This document shows positions 46,474-55,540 of a stretch of DNA of 64,000 nucleotides, in pieces. The notes beneath the pieces were generated by a model. It was not told the DNA's origin and did no database searches. It was given only the letters and a program-made list of their open reading frames with translations. Both the position numbers and the translations under genes were made by a program. Source of the stretch: a bacterium (GTDB lineage Bacteria > Fidelibacterota > Marinisomatia > Marinisomatales > UBA1611); the NCBI GenBank assembly GCA_004321745.1, contig SGYO01000009.1, positions 3,081 to 67,080 on the forward strand, given 5' to 3'. How positions within the stretch are numbered: position 1 is the first letter of the stretch; each line of letters opens with the position of its first letter.

Positions 46474-47916
46474 CTAAGCTCCTCCAAATACCTGAACATT
46501 TTCAAATAGGCAAAGCGGTGATGCATGACCAACTCGAATGACCTGATTCGGCTCACCCTTACCACAGTTAGGGGTTCCATAAATACCATTAGTATCACCA
46601 TTCCCGACCATTTTTAAACTATTCCAAAATGGATTACTTATACCTCTGTAATTTGGGTTTTTTATCGTTTTAGTAAGTTTACCATTCTCAATTAATTTAC
46701 CATACTCACATCCGAATTGAAATTTATTCCTATAGTCATCTATACTCCATGAGCGATTGCTTTCTACGTATATGCCTTTTTCAACACTACCGATAATATC
46801 GTCAAAAGATGAATCACCAGGTTCTAAATTTATATTTGCCATGCGGTCAATTGGTGCCCGGTTCCATGAGCTTGCTCTAAAATTAGCCACGCCATCAATA
46901 CCGGACCTAACCTGACTTTCTTTGCCTCCGAGTCCCCTGACTAGGATACCCTCTTTAATAAGATACTCTCTTTCAGCTTTAAGACCGCCATCATCGTAGG
47001 CGTATGAGGCAAACTCAGAAGACACAGTAGGATCGAATGTGACATTCATTAATTTTGAACCATATTGTAAGTTGCCAAAATCTTCAGGTTTCACAAAACT
47101 CCAGCCAGCATAATTTCTTTCATCACCTAAAATTCTATCTACCTCTAAAGCATGCCCAATGCTCTCATGTATTTGAAGCATCATTTGATCAGGGGCAATG
47201 ACAATATCCATCTCACCAGCAGGCGTTTCATCAGCATCGAGCAATTCTAATGCTTGCTCACCAATCTTATTAGCCTGAGCTAAAATTTCCATTTGGTCTA
47301 AAAATTCCATTCCAGCTTGTCTACATGTCCCGCGCATTCCTCCGAATGTTCTCGTTTGCTGATTTTGTCCATCCACTGCTGTTGCAGATAAGTCAAACTC
47401 TAACATTAAAAAATCTTGTGCAACATCACTACCATTTGAACTCACATAATGAAAATTGGTTTGAATTACATTAGCCAATGAACTTGCACTAACGATCTTA
47501 TCTGAAACTTTTAAATTATTATATGCATCAAGAAGTAACATGTTTAATTCCTTTGCACTGATGCTTCTTAGATCTTTTTCAAATGGAGAAGAATATCTAC
47601 CAATATTTTTCGGTCGCACTTCATCTGTAAAATGGTGTAGTGCATATTTGGAAGCTGCTTTTGCTTGATCATATGCTTTTTTTGCTGCTAATTCTATACC
47701 GCTTTGACTTAGGTCAGGAGTTCCAAAATATCCAAATTGTCCATTTACTAAAACTTCAACCATTGCTCCATGGGTTGAATAATGACCATTTGATACTGGT
47801 ACTCCATCACGGATCATACGAGGTGTGTTAGACTCATACACTTCTCTTAGACCCACCCAATCAGCAGGTACTGTTACAGCATCTAATAATGATTTAATAC
47901 TAATTTTATTTCTCAT
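46474..47916 (-). CDS. tldD: Metalloprotease TldD
   Basis: 480 aa. HESIGHALE (HExxxH) zinc motif, a GxC/Gly-rich C-terminal region, and pairing with the pmbA homologue. Confidence 0.9.
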   Translation of the reverse strand: MRNKISIKSLLDAVTVPADWVGLREVYESNTPRMIRDGVPVSNGHYSTHGAMVEVLVNGQFGYFGTPDLSQSGIELAAKKAYDQAKAASKYALHHFTDEVRPKNIGRYSSPFEKDLRSISAKELNMLLLDAYNNLKVSDKIVSASSLANVIQTNFHYVSSNGSDVAQDFLMLEFDLSATAVDGQNQQTRTFGGMRGTCRQAGMEFLDQMEILAQANKIGEQALELLDADETPAGEMDIVIAPDQMMLQIHESIGHALEVDRILGDERNYAGWSFVKPEDFGNLQYGSKLMNVTFDPTVSSEFASYAYDDGGLKAEREYLIKEGILVRGLGGKESQVRSGIDGVANFRASSWNRAPIDRMANINLEPGDSSFDDIIGSVEKGIYVESNRSWSIDDYRNKFQFGCEYGKLIENGKLTKTIKNPNYRGISNPFWNSLKMVGNGDTNGIYGTPNCGKGEPNQVIRVGHASPLCLFENVQVFGGA

Positions 47917-47927
47917 TGTTAATCCTT

Positions 47928-49163
47928 TTATAATTTAATCTCATCAAATTTTTTTGGGTTTTTTTTGAGCGCGTTTGAAACCTTGTCAAATGCATCAACC
48001 ACATCTTTAAGGTCATCACTCGAACCTAGTAGGTGATTTTGCCTCAACCATACGGCTTGTTCTTCCGCAATAATTTCAGTTCCAGAATGAAACAAGTCAC
48101 CATAATTTATTCCTTCTAACCAAGGATATTCTTTCGGGTTAATGGAAAATAGGGGTTCTTTGTAAAGTGGCGACCATCCCTTGTACGTAAAAACACCTTC
48201 TGCCTGCATTGCTTTAAAAAATAGCTCTCTGCTTATATTATTAAATTCTTCTTTTAAGTATCTTACCATATATAAATGATTTGAGGATCTAGAACCCGGA
48301 ATCAAGTCCATTGGAACAAAACCATCAATACCACCTATTTGGCTATCAAGATATTCTCTGCTTTGTTCACGTAAAATGAAATCATTTTCTACTGATTTTA
48401 TTTGAGGAAGTAAGACAGCAGCATTTAATGCGCTCATCCTCATATTACTTCCCAACCTAAAATGCTCATACCACTTACCATTTCTAACCCTTCCACAATT
48501 ATGATAAGAAAAACAAGCATCTATAAAAGATTCATCGTTACTTACAATAGCTCCACCTTCTCCGGAACTCATATTTTTTGAAGTTTGAAAACTGAAGATA
48601 CCGCCAAGTCCTATCGCCCCTACTTTTTTGTTATCTATTATAGAGCCATGGCCTTGAGCAGCATCCTCTATAATAGGAATATTATATTTTTCTGATATAC
48701 CTAAAAAAGCTTTCATATCAGCCGGAGCGCCTGCAGTATGAACAGGAATGATAGCTTTTGTCTTGCTTGTAATTAATTTTTCAACAGATTTTGGATCAAG
48801 ATTTGCAGTTTTTTTGTCTATATCAGCAAAAACGGGCACAGCATTCGCTAAAACAACTGCGGTTGCAGTTGCTATGAAAGTGTAAGAAGGTAAAATTACT
48901 TCATCACCGGCCTCAATGCCGGCAGCTTTCAAACATATCCATATAGCAGATGTACCAGAGTGAATTGAAAGACAATACTTTGCATCTTGCATTATAGCAA
49001 ATTGTTCATTAAATAAAGTAATTGTTTTACTACCTACACCCCATTCTTCTTCCTCAAACGTACGAATGAGACTATCTTTCATCTCTTCAGTAATTCTGGG
49101 CCATGCAGGAAAAGGCTCTTTACGTACTGGCTTACCACCAAAAATTGCTAAATCTGTAGACAA
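47928..49163 (-). CDS. DegT/DnrJ/EryC1/StrS family sugar aminotransferase
   Basis: 411 aa. AIFGGKPVR, SGTSAIWICLKAAGI..GDEVI.PSYTF.ATA, DAAQGHG, FSFQTSKNMSSGEGG (PLP lysine). Confidence 0.85.
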   Translation of the reverse strand: MSTDLAIFGGKPVRKEPFPAWPRITEEMKDSLIRTFEEEEWGVGSKTITLFNEQFAIMQDAKYCLSIHSGTSAIWICLKAAGIEAGDEVILPSYTFIATATAVVLANAVPVFADIDKKTANLDPKSVEKLITSKTKAIIPVHTAGAPADMKAFLGISEKYNIPIIEDAAQGHGSIIDNKKVGAIGLGGIFSFQTSKNMSSGEGGAIVSNDESFIDACFSYHNCGRVRNGKWYEHFRLGSNMRMSALNAAVLLPQIKSVENDFILREQSREYLDSQIGGIDGFVPMDLIPGSRSSNHLYMVRYLKEEFNNISRELFFKAMQAEGVFTYKGWSPLYKEPLFSINPKEYPWLEGINYGDLFHSGTEIIAEEQAVWLRQNHLLGSSDDLKDVVDAFDKVSNALKKNPKKFDEIKL

Positions 49164-49354
49164 TTAAAATAATCCCTTTAATAAATTGTGTTCGAATTTA
49201 CTAACTACATTAAAGGTCTACAATGATATCAATATGTAAAAAAGTAATAAAAATAATAATAATAGTATGTAATAATGGCAGTTTTTATTTCAAAATAAAT
49301 TTTTAAAATGCCATATTGACATATCATGAGTAATATATGCTACATAAACTTAAA

Positions 49355-49370
49355 TGGCACGCAATTTGGA
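49355..49370 (+). promoter_or_regulatory. Sigma-54-like -24/-12 element upstream of hsp20 (imperfect)
   Basis: TGGCACGCAATTTGGA compared with the consensus TGGCACG-N4-TTGCW. The -24 half is perfect and spacing is correct, but the -12 element is TTGG rather than TTGC. About 40 nt upstream of the ATG, which has a strong AGGAG Shine-Dalgarno. Confidence 0.25.
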
Positions 49371-49408
49371 TAATGAGTGAAAACTTAATAACAAAAAAGG
49401 AGTAAAAA

Positions 49409-49846
49409 ATGAACTTAATTAATTGGAAACCAAGAACAGTTTCATCATATCACACTCTTCCAAATATTTTTGAAAGAATGATAGATGATAACTTTTTCTT
49501 TGATTATGATAATAATGATTTTAGACCGTCCGTAGATATAAATGAAAGTAATACAGCTTTCATGATATCAGCGGACTTACCAGGTATTAAAAAATCTGAT
49601 ATTGAAGTAAAAGTAGAAAAAAATACTCTTATCCTGAGCGCTAATAGACATATAGACAAGTCAGATGATAATGAAAAATTCCATTATAACGAGCGCAGGT
49701 TTGGTACATTTAGCAGATCATTCAAATTGCCAAAAACTGTTAAGGAAGAGAAAATAACTGCTAAACATGATAATGGCGTTTTATCTATAGTCATCCCAAA
49801 AGCTGAAGATGCAATTAAGAGCAATAGGCTAATTGCTGTAAAATAG
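49409..49846 (+). CDS. Small heat-shock protein, Hsp20/alpha-crystallin family
   Basis: 145 aa. Alpha-crystallin domain (DINESNTAFMISADLPGIKKSDIEVKVEKNTLILSA....F.RSFKLP......I.AK..NGVL.I.IPK). Confidence 0.9.
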   Translation: MNLINWKPRTVSSYHTLPNIFERMIDDNFFFDYDNNDFRPSVDINESNTAFMISADLPGIKKSDIEVKVEKNTLILSANRHIDKSDDNEKFHYNERRFGTFSRSFKLPKTVKEEKITAKHDNGVLSIVIPKAEDAIKSNRLIAVK

Positions 49847-49860
49847 AAGCGAGCAAGTAT

Positions 49861-49891
49861 AATAGGGGGAAGAGTATCCTTTCCCTCTATT
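49861..49891. terminator. Hairpin between convergent hsp20 and EF-hand/NOX-like genes (possible bidirectional terminator, no clear U-tract)
   Basis: AATAGGGGGAAG (49861..49872) pairs with CTTTCCCTCTATT (49879..49891), about 12 bp including G-U pairs. Overlaps the stop codon of the minus-strand gene. Confidence 0.4.
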
Positions 49892-51368
49892 ATCTTGTGT
49901 TATTAAAAAACTTTATTTTTAATTTTTTTGCAGCAGAATTTATTTTGGATATCAAATTTTTAGGACCTGAATAAAAAATTCTATATTCATCAGCTGATTT
50001 ACCTTTTATTATATTTTTAAACTTATCATGCCATATTGGTGTACCAATGTGATTGTGTTTTCCTAAGCCATCTAATAGGTCAATATCGTACTCGTTATTA
50101 ACAATATCTTTAGAAATATAAAGCATGTCTTTTGGTAAAGAAGCTGCATTTCTTTTCGTAAAATAAATATCATAGTTAAAATTAATCGATTCATATTCGT
50201 TATCAAGCTCTCGCAATAATTTTTTAAACCACTCAACATAAAAGCTGTCATCACACAGCCATATAAAATGAACTGATCCAAGGTCAGATTTCACGATATT
50301 ATCTTTAATTTTAAAAGCAATATCTTGGAGAATAGAGGCAAATTTTGCTATTCCTGTACCAGCTGCAATAAGAATGATATTTTTAGAATTTAAAATTTTA
50401 TTACTAGATGATCCATATGGACCATCTATTCTTATCTTTAATTTTTCTAAGCTACTATCATTTATATTTGCTATAGTTTTATCATATACTTTTTCTGACC
50501 AGGCACCGTTAGCTTTAACATTCAAAAAGGCATTATTATTTTTTTTAGATATCATTAAGTTAAAAGGAAACCACTGAAACTTTGAGACCCAAGGACAATT
50601 AACATAAACATAATCACCAGGTTTACTTTTTAACCATTTAGGCTTTTCAAAAGAAAATGACACATTTTTTTCAGGCAATATTTTTACGGATTTTATTGGA
50701 ATAGGTTTAATATTTGAATTTCGCTTAACTATTATATTGAACAGATAAATTAACCTAGGGACTAGAAGCCATTGTATTAAACTCAAACCTTCAACTTGAA
50801 CTTTCTCTGCCGATTTATATTTTTTAACAGCCACTACATCTTTGCTTTGATCTTTTTCATAAAACCATGACAAAGGGTTTACAGCTAGGCTTTTTAAAAA
50901 ATCAGGATACTCGTTTACTAATTTTAAAAACTCATCAAAATCAATCTTGCCATTTCCATCAATGTCGACTTTTTTAAATAAATCACTTACGATTAGAGAT
51001 ATTTGATTAGCGTCAAAATCTAAATTATTTTCAATTAAAATATTTTTTACTAAAATTTCCAACTCAATCTTATCGATATCTCCACTTCCATCAATGTCAT
51101 GAACTTGAAAAGCAAACTTAATTTTTTCGTAAGTGGTTCCATTAATCAATCTTTCAATACCATCAATGAATTCCCCAATATCCAAGAAATTATTTTGATC
51201 AGTATCAAAAATGTCAAAGATTCGATTTTTAATTTGATCATTATCAATTAATAGACCGTTTTTAAATTCTTTCCTGTCGATTTTATTATCACTTCCAGCT
51301 ATTTGCCTGAACCTATTTTTTAGATCAATTAAAAATGGACCGGATAATTTATGAGATTGGTTTATCAT
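49890..51368 (-). CDS. EF-hand calcium-binding domain fused to NOX/ferric-reductase-type FAD- and NAD(P)H-binding dehydrogenase module; no six-TM heme domain
   Basis: 492 aa. Three canonical EF loops (DTDQNNFLDIGE, DIDGSGDIDKIE, DIDGNGKIDFDE), one hydrophobic segment (LSLIQWLLVPRLIYLFNIIV), FAD-binding-8-like region (PGDYVYVNCP...FQWFPFNL), IDGPYGS, NAD-binding-6-like IILIAAGTGIAKFASIL, and C-terminal RIFYSGP. Confidence 0.7.
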   Translation of the reverse strand: MINQSHKLSGPFLIDLKNRFRQIAGSDNKIDRKEFKNGLLIDNDQIKNRIFDIFDTDQNNFLDIGEFIDGIERLINGTTYEKIKFAFQVHDIDGSGDIDKIELEILVKNILIENNLDFDANQISLIVSDLFKKVDIDGNGKIDFDEFLKLVNEYPDFLKSLAVNPLSWFYEKDQSKDVVAVKKYKSAEKVQVEGLSLIQWLLVPRLIYLFNIIVKRNSNIKPIPIKSVKILPEKNVSFSFEKPKWLKSKPGDYVYVNCPWVSKFQWFPFNLMISKKNNNAFLNVKANGAWSEKVYDKTIANINDSSLEKLKIRIDGPYGSSSNKILNSKNIILIAAGTGIAKFASILQDIAFKIKDNIVKSDLGSVHFIWLCDDSFYVEWFKKLLRELDNEYESINFNYDIYFTKRNAASLPKDMLYISKDIVNNEYDIDLLDGLGKHNHIGTPIWHDKFKNIIKGKSADEYRIFYSGPKNLISKINSAAKKLKIKFFNNTR

Positions 51369-51460
51369 TTTTTATTGTGCATATTTTCGAAATAACACAT
51401 TTATATTGCATAGACTATTTAATAATATAGAACACAATTTTAACTAATTAACATAAACAA

Positions 51461-52414
51461 ATGATACATGAAAATATTTTAAGTACCATTGGCAACACCC
51501 CAGTAGTCAAAATAAATAAAATTTCAAAGAATCTAGATTGCAATGTTTTTGCTAAGTGTGAATTCTTTAATCCAGGTGGATCAGTGAAAGATAGAATAGG
51601 ATGGAATATGGTAAAAGAGGCTGAACTTTCTGGAAGAATTAAACCTGGAGATATACTTATCGAACCAACATCAGGGAATACTGGCCAAGGTATAGCATTA
51701 GCTGCTGCGGTTAAGGGGTATAAATGTATTATTACAATGCCAGAAAAAATGAGTAAAGAAAAACAAATAGCTCTCGAGGCATTGGGTGCAGAAATTATTA
51801 GAACTCCAACCGAAGCTAAATCAAGCGATCCAGAGAGTCATATTTCTGTGGCGAAAAAATTAAATAAAGAAATAGAAAACTCCCACATTCTAGATCAATA
51901 TTCAAATCCTTCTAATCCAGAGGCTCATTACTATGGTACCGCTGAAGAAATAATTAAAGACTTTAAGACTAATTTAGACATGGTTGTTATATCTGTTGGT
52001 ACAGGAGGAACAATAACAGGCATTGCGAAAAGGTTAAAAGAAGAAATGCCCGCAATCAAAATTATAGGAGCTGACCCCGAAGGCTCTATTTTAGGTGGTG
52101 GCGAGAAAGTAAGCTCATATTTAGTTGAGGGAATTGGATATGACTTTATTCCAGATGTATTGGATAATTCTTTAATTGATGAATATATTAAAACAAAAGA
52201 TGAAGAATCCTTCATTATGGCTCGACGATTAATTAAAGAAGAAGGTCTATTATGTGGAGGCTCATGCGGAGCTACGATGGTTGCAGCATTAAAAGCGGCA
52301 TCAAAGCTAAAAAATGGTCAAAACTGTTTGGTCATTCTCGCTGATGGGATTCGAAACTATATGACGAAGTTTCCAAATGATAGTTGGATGGAAGAAAACG
52401 GGTTTGAAATTTGA
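51461..52414 (+). CDS. Cystathionine beta-synthase-type PLP enzyme (catalytic core only; cysteine synthase/CBS family)
   Basis: 317 aa. [16 protein letters not shown] (PLP lysine), [92 protein letters not shown]. By eye this is very close to the eukaryotic CBS catalytic core. There is no heme or Bateman domain. Confidence 0.87.
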   Translation: MIHENILSTIGNTPVVKINKISKNLDCNVFAKCEFFNPGGSVKDRIGWNMVKEAELSGRIKPGDILIEPTSGNTGQGIALAAAVKGYKCIITMPEKMSKEKQIALEALGAEIIRTPTEAKSSDPESHISVAKKLNKEIENSHILDQYSNPSNPEAHYYGTAEEIIKDFKTNLDMVVISVGTGGTITGIAKRLKEEMPAIKIIGADPEGSILGGGEKVSSYLVEGIGYDFIPDVLDNSLIDEYIKTKDEESFIMARRLIKEEGLLCGGSCGATMVAALKAASKLKNGQNCLVILADGIRNYMTKFPNDSWMEENGFEI

Positions 52415-54273
52415 ACATTAAAAAAATATTTAAAATTCTTGTTTCACTCTTGGGTACTGTTTGGGTTGGATCCATAATTTATTTAAATGATAAGTATCCA
52501 GATGTTGAGTGGGATTGGAAAAATATAAATACCAAAGACATGTATTTCCCTAAGAATTTTATTTGGGGAACAGCCACTGCTGCCCATCAAGTGGAAGGAT
52601 TTAATACAAATAATAACTGGTATAGATGGGAACATTCATTTGATCAAAATGACAAATCTAGAATACATAATAGTGATAAGTCAGGTGATGCCGCAGACCA
52701 CTGGAATCTTTATAAAAAAGATATTAATCTAATGAAGAATATTGGCGTTAATGCTTACAGATTCTCTGTTGAATGGAGTAAAATAATGCCGACTATTAAT
52801 AAGATAGATCAAGATGCCATAGATCATTACCGTGAAGTTTGTATAGCCCTAATTGACTCAGGGTTAGTCCCTGTGGTTACTCTACATCATTTTACACATC
52901 CTTTATGGTTTGAGGACCTCGGTGGTTTTGAAAAGGAAGAAAATATTAAATATTTTATAGAATTTTCGGAGCTAATATTTAACGAATTGTCCGACATTGT
53001 AAAGTACTGGTGTACGATAAATGAGCCAGCAGTTTATGTGTCACAAGGTTATTTTAATGGTATATTTCCACCAGGGAAAAAAGATCCCATTCTAGCTGGT
53101 GAGGTAATGAAGAATCTTTTGTATGCTCACACAAAGGTATACCACCTTTTAAAATCATTAAAAAACGGAGATAAATCACAAATTGGTCTTGTAAAAAATA
53201 TCACTCAGTTTGACCCACTTCGAAGATGGCATGTTTTAGATTGGTATTTTAGCAGGATCTTAAATGATATTTTTACAAATAGCACAATTGATTTATTATT
53301 GAATGGAGAATTCAGATTTTATCTACCAGGTATGGCAGATCTATCTTACACAAATACTAAAGCGATAAAAGCTCTAGATTTTATTGGTTTAAATTATTAC
53401 TCAAGGTGGCACGTAAAAGGCCATTTAAATCCTAACGAACCATTCACTTTTGAAAAAAGAAAGCAAGACATACAAACAGATATGCCCTATTCAATCTATC
53501 CAGAGGGTTTTTACGAAGCATTGAATACTGTAAGTAAATTAGAAATGCCTATCATCGTAACTGAAAATGGCATTGCAGATGATAAAGATGATAGAAGAAA
53601 ACTATTTATCAATAGGTATTTGTATGCACTTTTTCAAGCTATGCAAGATGGATTGGTTGTAAATGGATACTTTTACTGGTCACTGATGGATAATTTCGAA
53701 TGGGCTGAGGGTTACTCCATGAAATTTGGATTATATGAAGTTGATTTTTCTAACCAAGATAGAAGACTCAGGGATGGTAGTCAGGCATATAAAGAAATCA
53801 TAAATAGGCCAGCAGTTGATTCAAGAGGGTATAAAGTTTCAATCGGAGATAAGGCTCCAGATTTAGAGCTAAATATGATTGATGGGACAAGAATAAATCT
53901 CTCTGAACTTTTAGGACAGGTTGTGGTTCTTCAATTTACCGCTAGTTGGTGCTCTGTTTGCATTCAAGAGATGCCACATCTAGAGAAGGAGGTTTGGTTA
54001 CCATTTAAAGATGAAGGTCTTATGCTTATTGGTATTGATAGGGATGAACCTTTAGAAGTAGTTAAAAGATTTAAAAAACAAACCGGAATAACTTATCCTT
54101 TAGCTTTAGACCCAGGAGCAAATCATTTTTCTAAATTTGCTCATAAAAATGCCGGAGTCACTAGGAACGTAGTGATTGATAAAAAAGGGAATATTGCTTT
54201 TTTAACTAGATTATTTGACAAAGATGAATTCGAATCAATGAAACAAAAAATTAAGTTATTACTGAAAGAGTAA
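52411..54273 (+). CDS. Membrane-anchored GH1 beta-glycosidase fused to a C-terminal TlpA/ResA-like thioredoxin-fold (CxxC) domain
   Basis: 620 aa. TTG start overlaps the upstream stop (TTGA). N-terminal TM ([17 protein letters not shown]). GH1 motifs [14 protein letters not shown], acid/base TINEP, nucleophile [14 protein letters not shown]. From about nt 53824 there is a redoxin domain (APDLEL...[26 protein letters not shown]...GITYPLALD). Confidence 0.85.
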   Translation: MNIKKIFKILVSLLGTVWVGSIIYLNDKYPDVEWDWKNINTKDMYFPKNFIWGTATAAHQVEGFNTNNNWYRWEHSFDQNDKSRIHNSDKSGDAADHWNLYKKDINLMKNIGVNAYRFSVEWSKIMPTINKIDQDAIDHYREVCIALIDSGLVPVVTLHHFTHPLWFEDLGGFEKEENIKYFIEFSELIFNELSDIVKYWCTINEPAVYVSQGYFNGIFPPGKKDPILAGEVMKNLLYAHTKVYHLLKSLKNGDKSQIGLVKNITQFDPLRRWHVLDWYFSRILNDIFTNSTIDLLLNGEFRFYLPGMADLSYTNTKAIKALDFIGLNYYSRWHVKGHLNPNEPFTFEKRKQDIQTDMPYSIYPEGFYEALNTVSKLEMPIIVTENGIADDKDDRRKLFINRYLYALFQAMQDGLVVNGYFYWSLMDNFEWAEGYSMKFGLYEVDFSNQDRRLRDGSQAYKEIINRPAVDSRGYKVSIGDKAPDLELNMIDGTRINLSELLGQVVVLQFTASWCSVCIQEMPHLEKEVWLPFKDEGLMLIGIDRDEPLEVVKRFKKQTGITYPLALDPGANHFSKFAHKNAGVTRNVVIDKKGNIAFLTRLFDKDEFESMKQKIKLLLKE

Positions 54274-55530
54274 TTATTTAACTCCCTCGAGCAAAGAATC
54301 ATAATATTTTGAAACATTAGAATAATTGATATCTTCAAGAAATACTGAGAAAGTTAAGAAACATATTAAATAATTTAAATTCATTGCCCATGGAGGCATA
54401 AAACTAGGTTTTTTTACTAATCCGTCTTTGTACATACTATATACAATAGGCAAATCATCCAACTCCATTTTTCCTGCAAATAGTAATTCAATACATTCTA
54501 TTTTGCCTTGGGAGATTGAGGATCGGAAAAAGTTATAAACCCTAATAAAACCATCTAAATATACCAAATCTTTTGTAAAGGGGTACTTTCCACTCAATAC
54601 CCCTCCTCTGAATACCCTTCTGCTATTATCAAATGCCTGATTCCTTGATATTCCTTTATCAACAAAATATCTATAGATTTCAATAAAATCAGCTCCGTCA
54701 ATAGCCATTTGTATTGCCTTCACTCTATCAGAAATTCTACGCATTCTATCGATGTCGATCGAACCAGTGATAAACTCAGAAAAAACAGCCAATCCTTCTT
54801 GAGTTTTTGTAATAGCACCGTAATTTGAACCTAATATCTTCATTTTATTTTGTTTTCTGCCATTAATTGTAGTCGCAACATGAATGAATGCCTCATGATT
54901 TATAAGCTGATCTATATCAGATTGGTAAAAAACGCCATCCTCACGTATTTTTATTTTTTTTGATGTTGCGGTAGCTTTCGCTGATAAATGCTTTACCACA
55001 GATGTTTTCGGAGCAAATTCACCAAAGTAATCACTGACTTTAGAAGAAATTTGCTTTGCGACATCGTGTGAGCTGATCTTAGAACTTTTGGACAACTCTA
55101 ATTTTGTTTTGTCGATAGAGTTTATTATCTGGTAAAACTGCTCAGAAAGATCCAAAGGTTTTGTTTGACCATCATGAATTAGCGTAGTTGGAAGTCCATA
55201 AATTTTTGACGATATTTCGAAAAAAGTTTTGGTCCCACTTGCTTTTAACAAATGTGCACTCAAACTAATATCTTCCAGCTTATTTTTTAGCCAAAGGTCA
55301 TATTTGGAGTCTCCAAGCTGACCATCAATTTTTAATAGAATCTGATCTAAATCTGTAGAATCAAATTTTGGATAACTATATTCAGGGAGTTTTTGACAAT
55401 TCTGTTTAAAGAAATGATATTTTACCTCAGGAGGCCATGATATATGTCTGAGTATTTTTACTTTTAAACTAGCTCGATATATGAGCTCAGATAGATTTTC
55501 TATTCTTTTTTTTTGATTTTCTGAAATCAC
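54274..55530 (-). CDS. QEGLA-motif protein (DUF1704; 'flavohemoglobin expression-modulating' family, predicted metallocarboxypeptidase fold)
   Basis: 418 aa. Contains the eponymous TQEGLAVFSE motif preceded by an HEAFIH (H-E-x-x-x-H) candidate metal site. Confidence 0.78.
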   Translation of the reverse strand: MISENQKKRIENLSELIYRASLKVKILRHISWPPEVKYHFFKQNCQKLPEYSYPKFDSTDLDQILLKIDGQLGDSKYDLWLKNKLEDISLSAHLLKASGTKTFFEISSKIYGLPTTLIHDGQTKPLDLSEQFYQIINSIDKTKLELSKSSKISSHDVAKQISSKVSDYFGEFAPKTSVVKHLSAKATATSKKIKIREDGVFYQSDIDQLINHEAFIHVATTINGRKQNKMKILGSNYGAITKTQEGLAVFSEFITGSIDIDRMRRISDRVKAIQMAIDGADFIEIYRYFVDKGISRNQAFDNSRRVFRGGVLSGKYPFTKDLVYLDGFIRVYNFFRSSISQGKIECIELLFAGKMELDDLPIVYSMYKDGLVKKPSFMPPWAMNLNYLICFLTFSVFLEDINYSNVSKYYDSLLEGVK

Positions 55531-55540
55531 GTTAATTAGC

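Noticed and set aside
46473-46601. 43-codon N-terminal extension of the pmbA-like ORF (MVILMVFMEPLTVVRVSRIRS...)
   Set aside because: It lies entirely inside the tldD coding region in another frame. The Met at 46472 sits 1 nt after the tldD stop and gives a normal-length PmbA.
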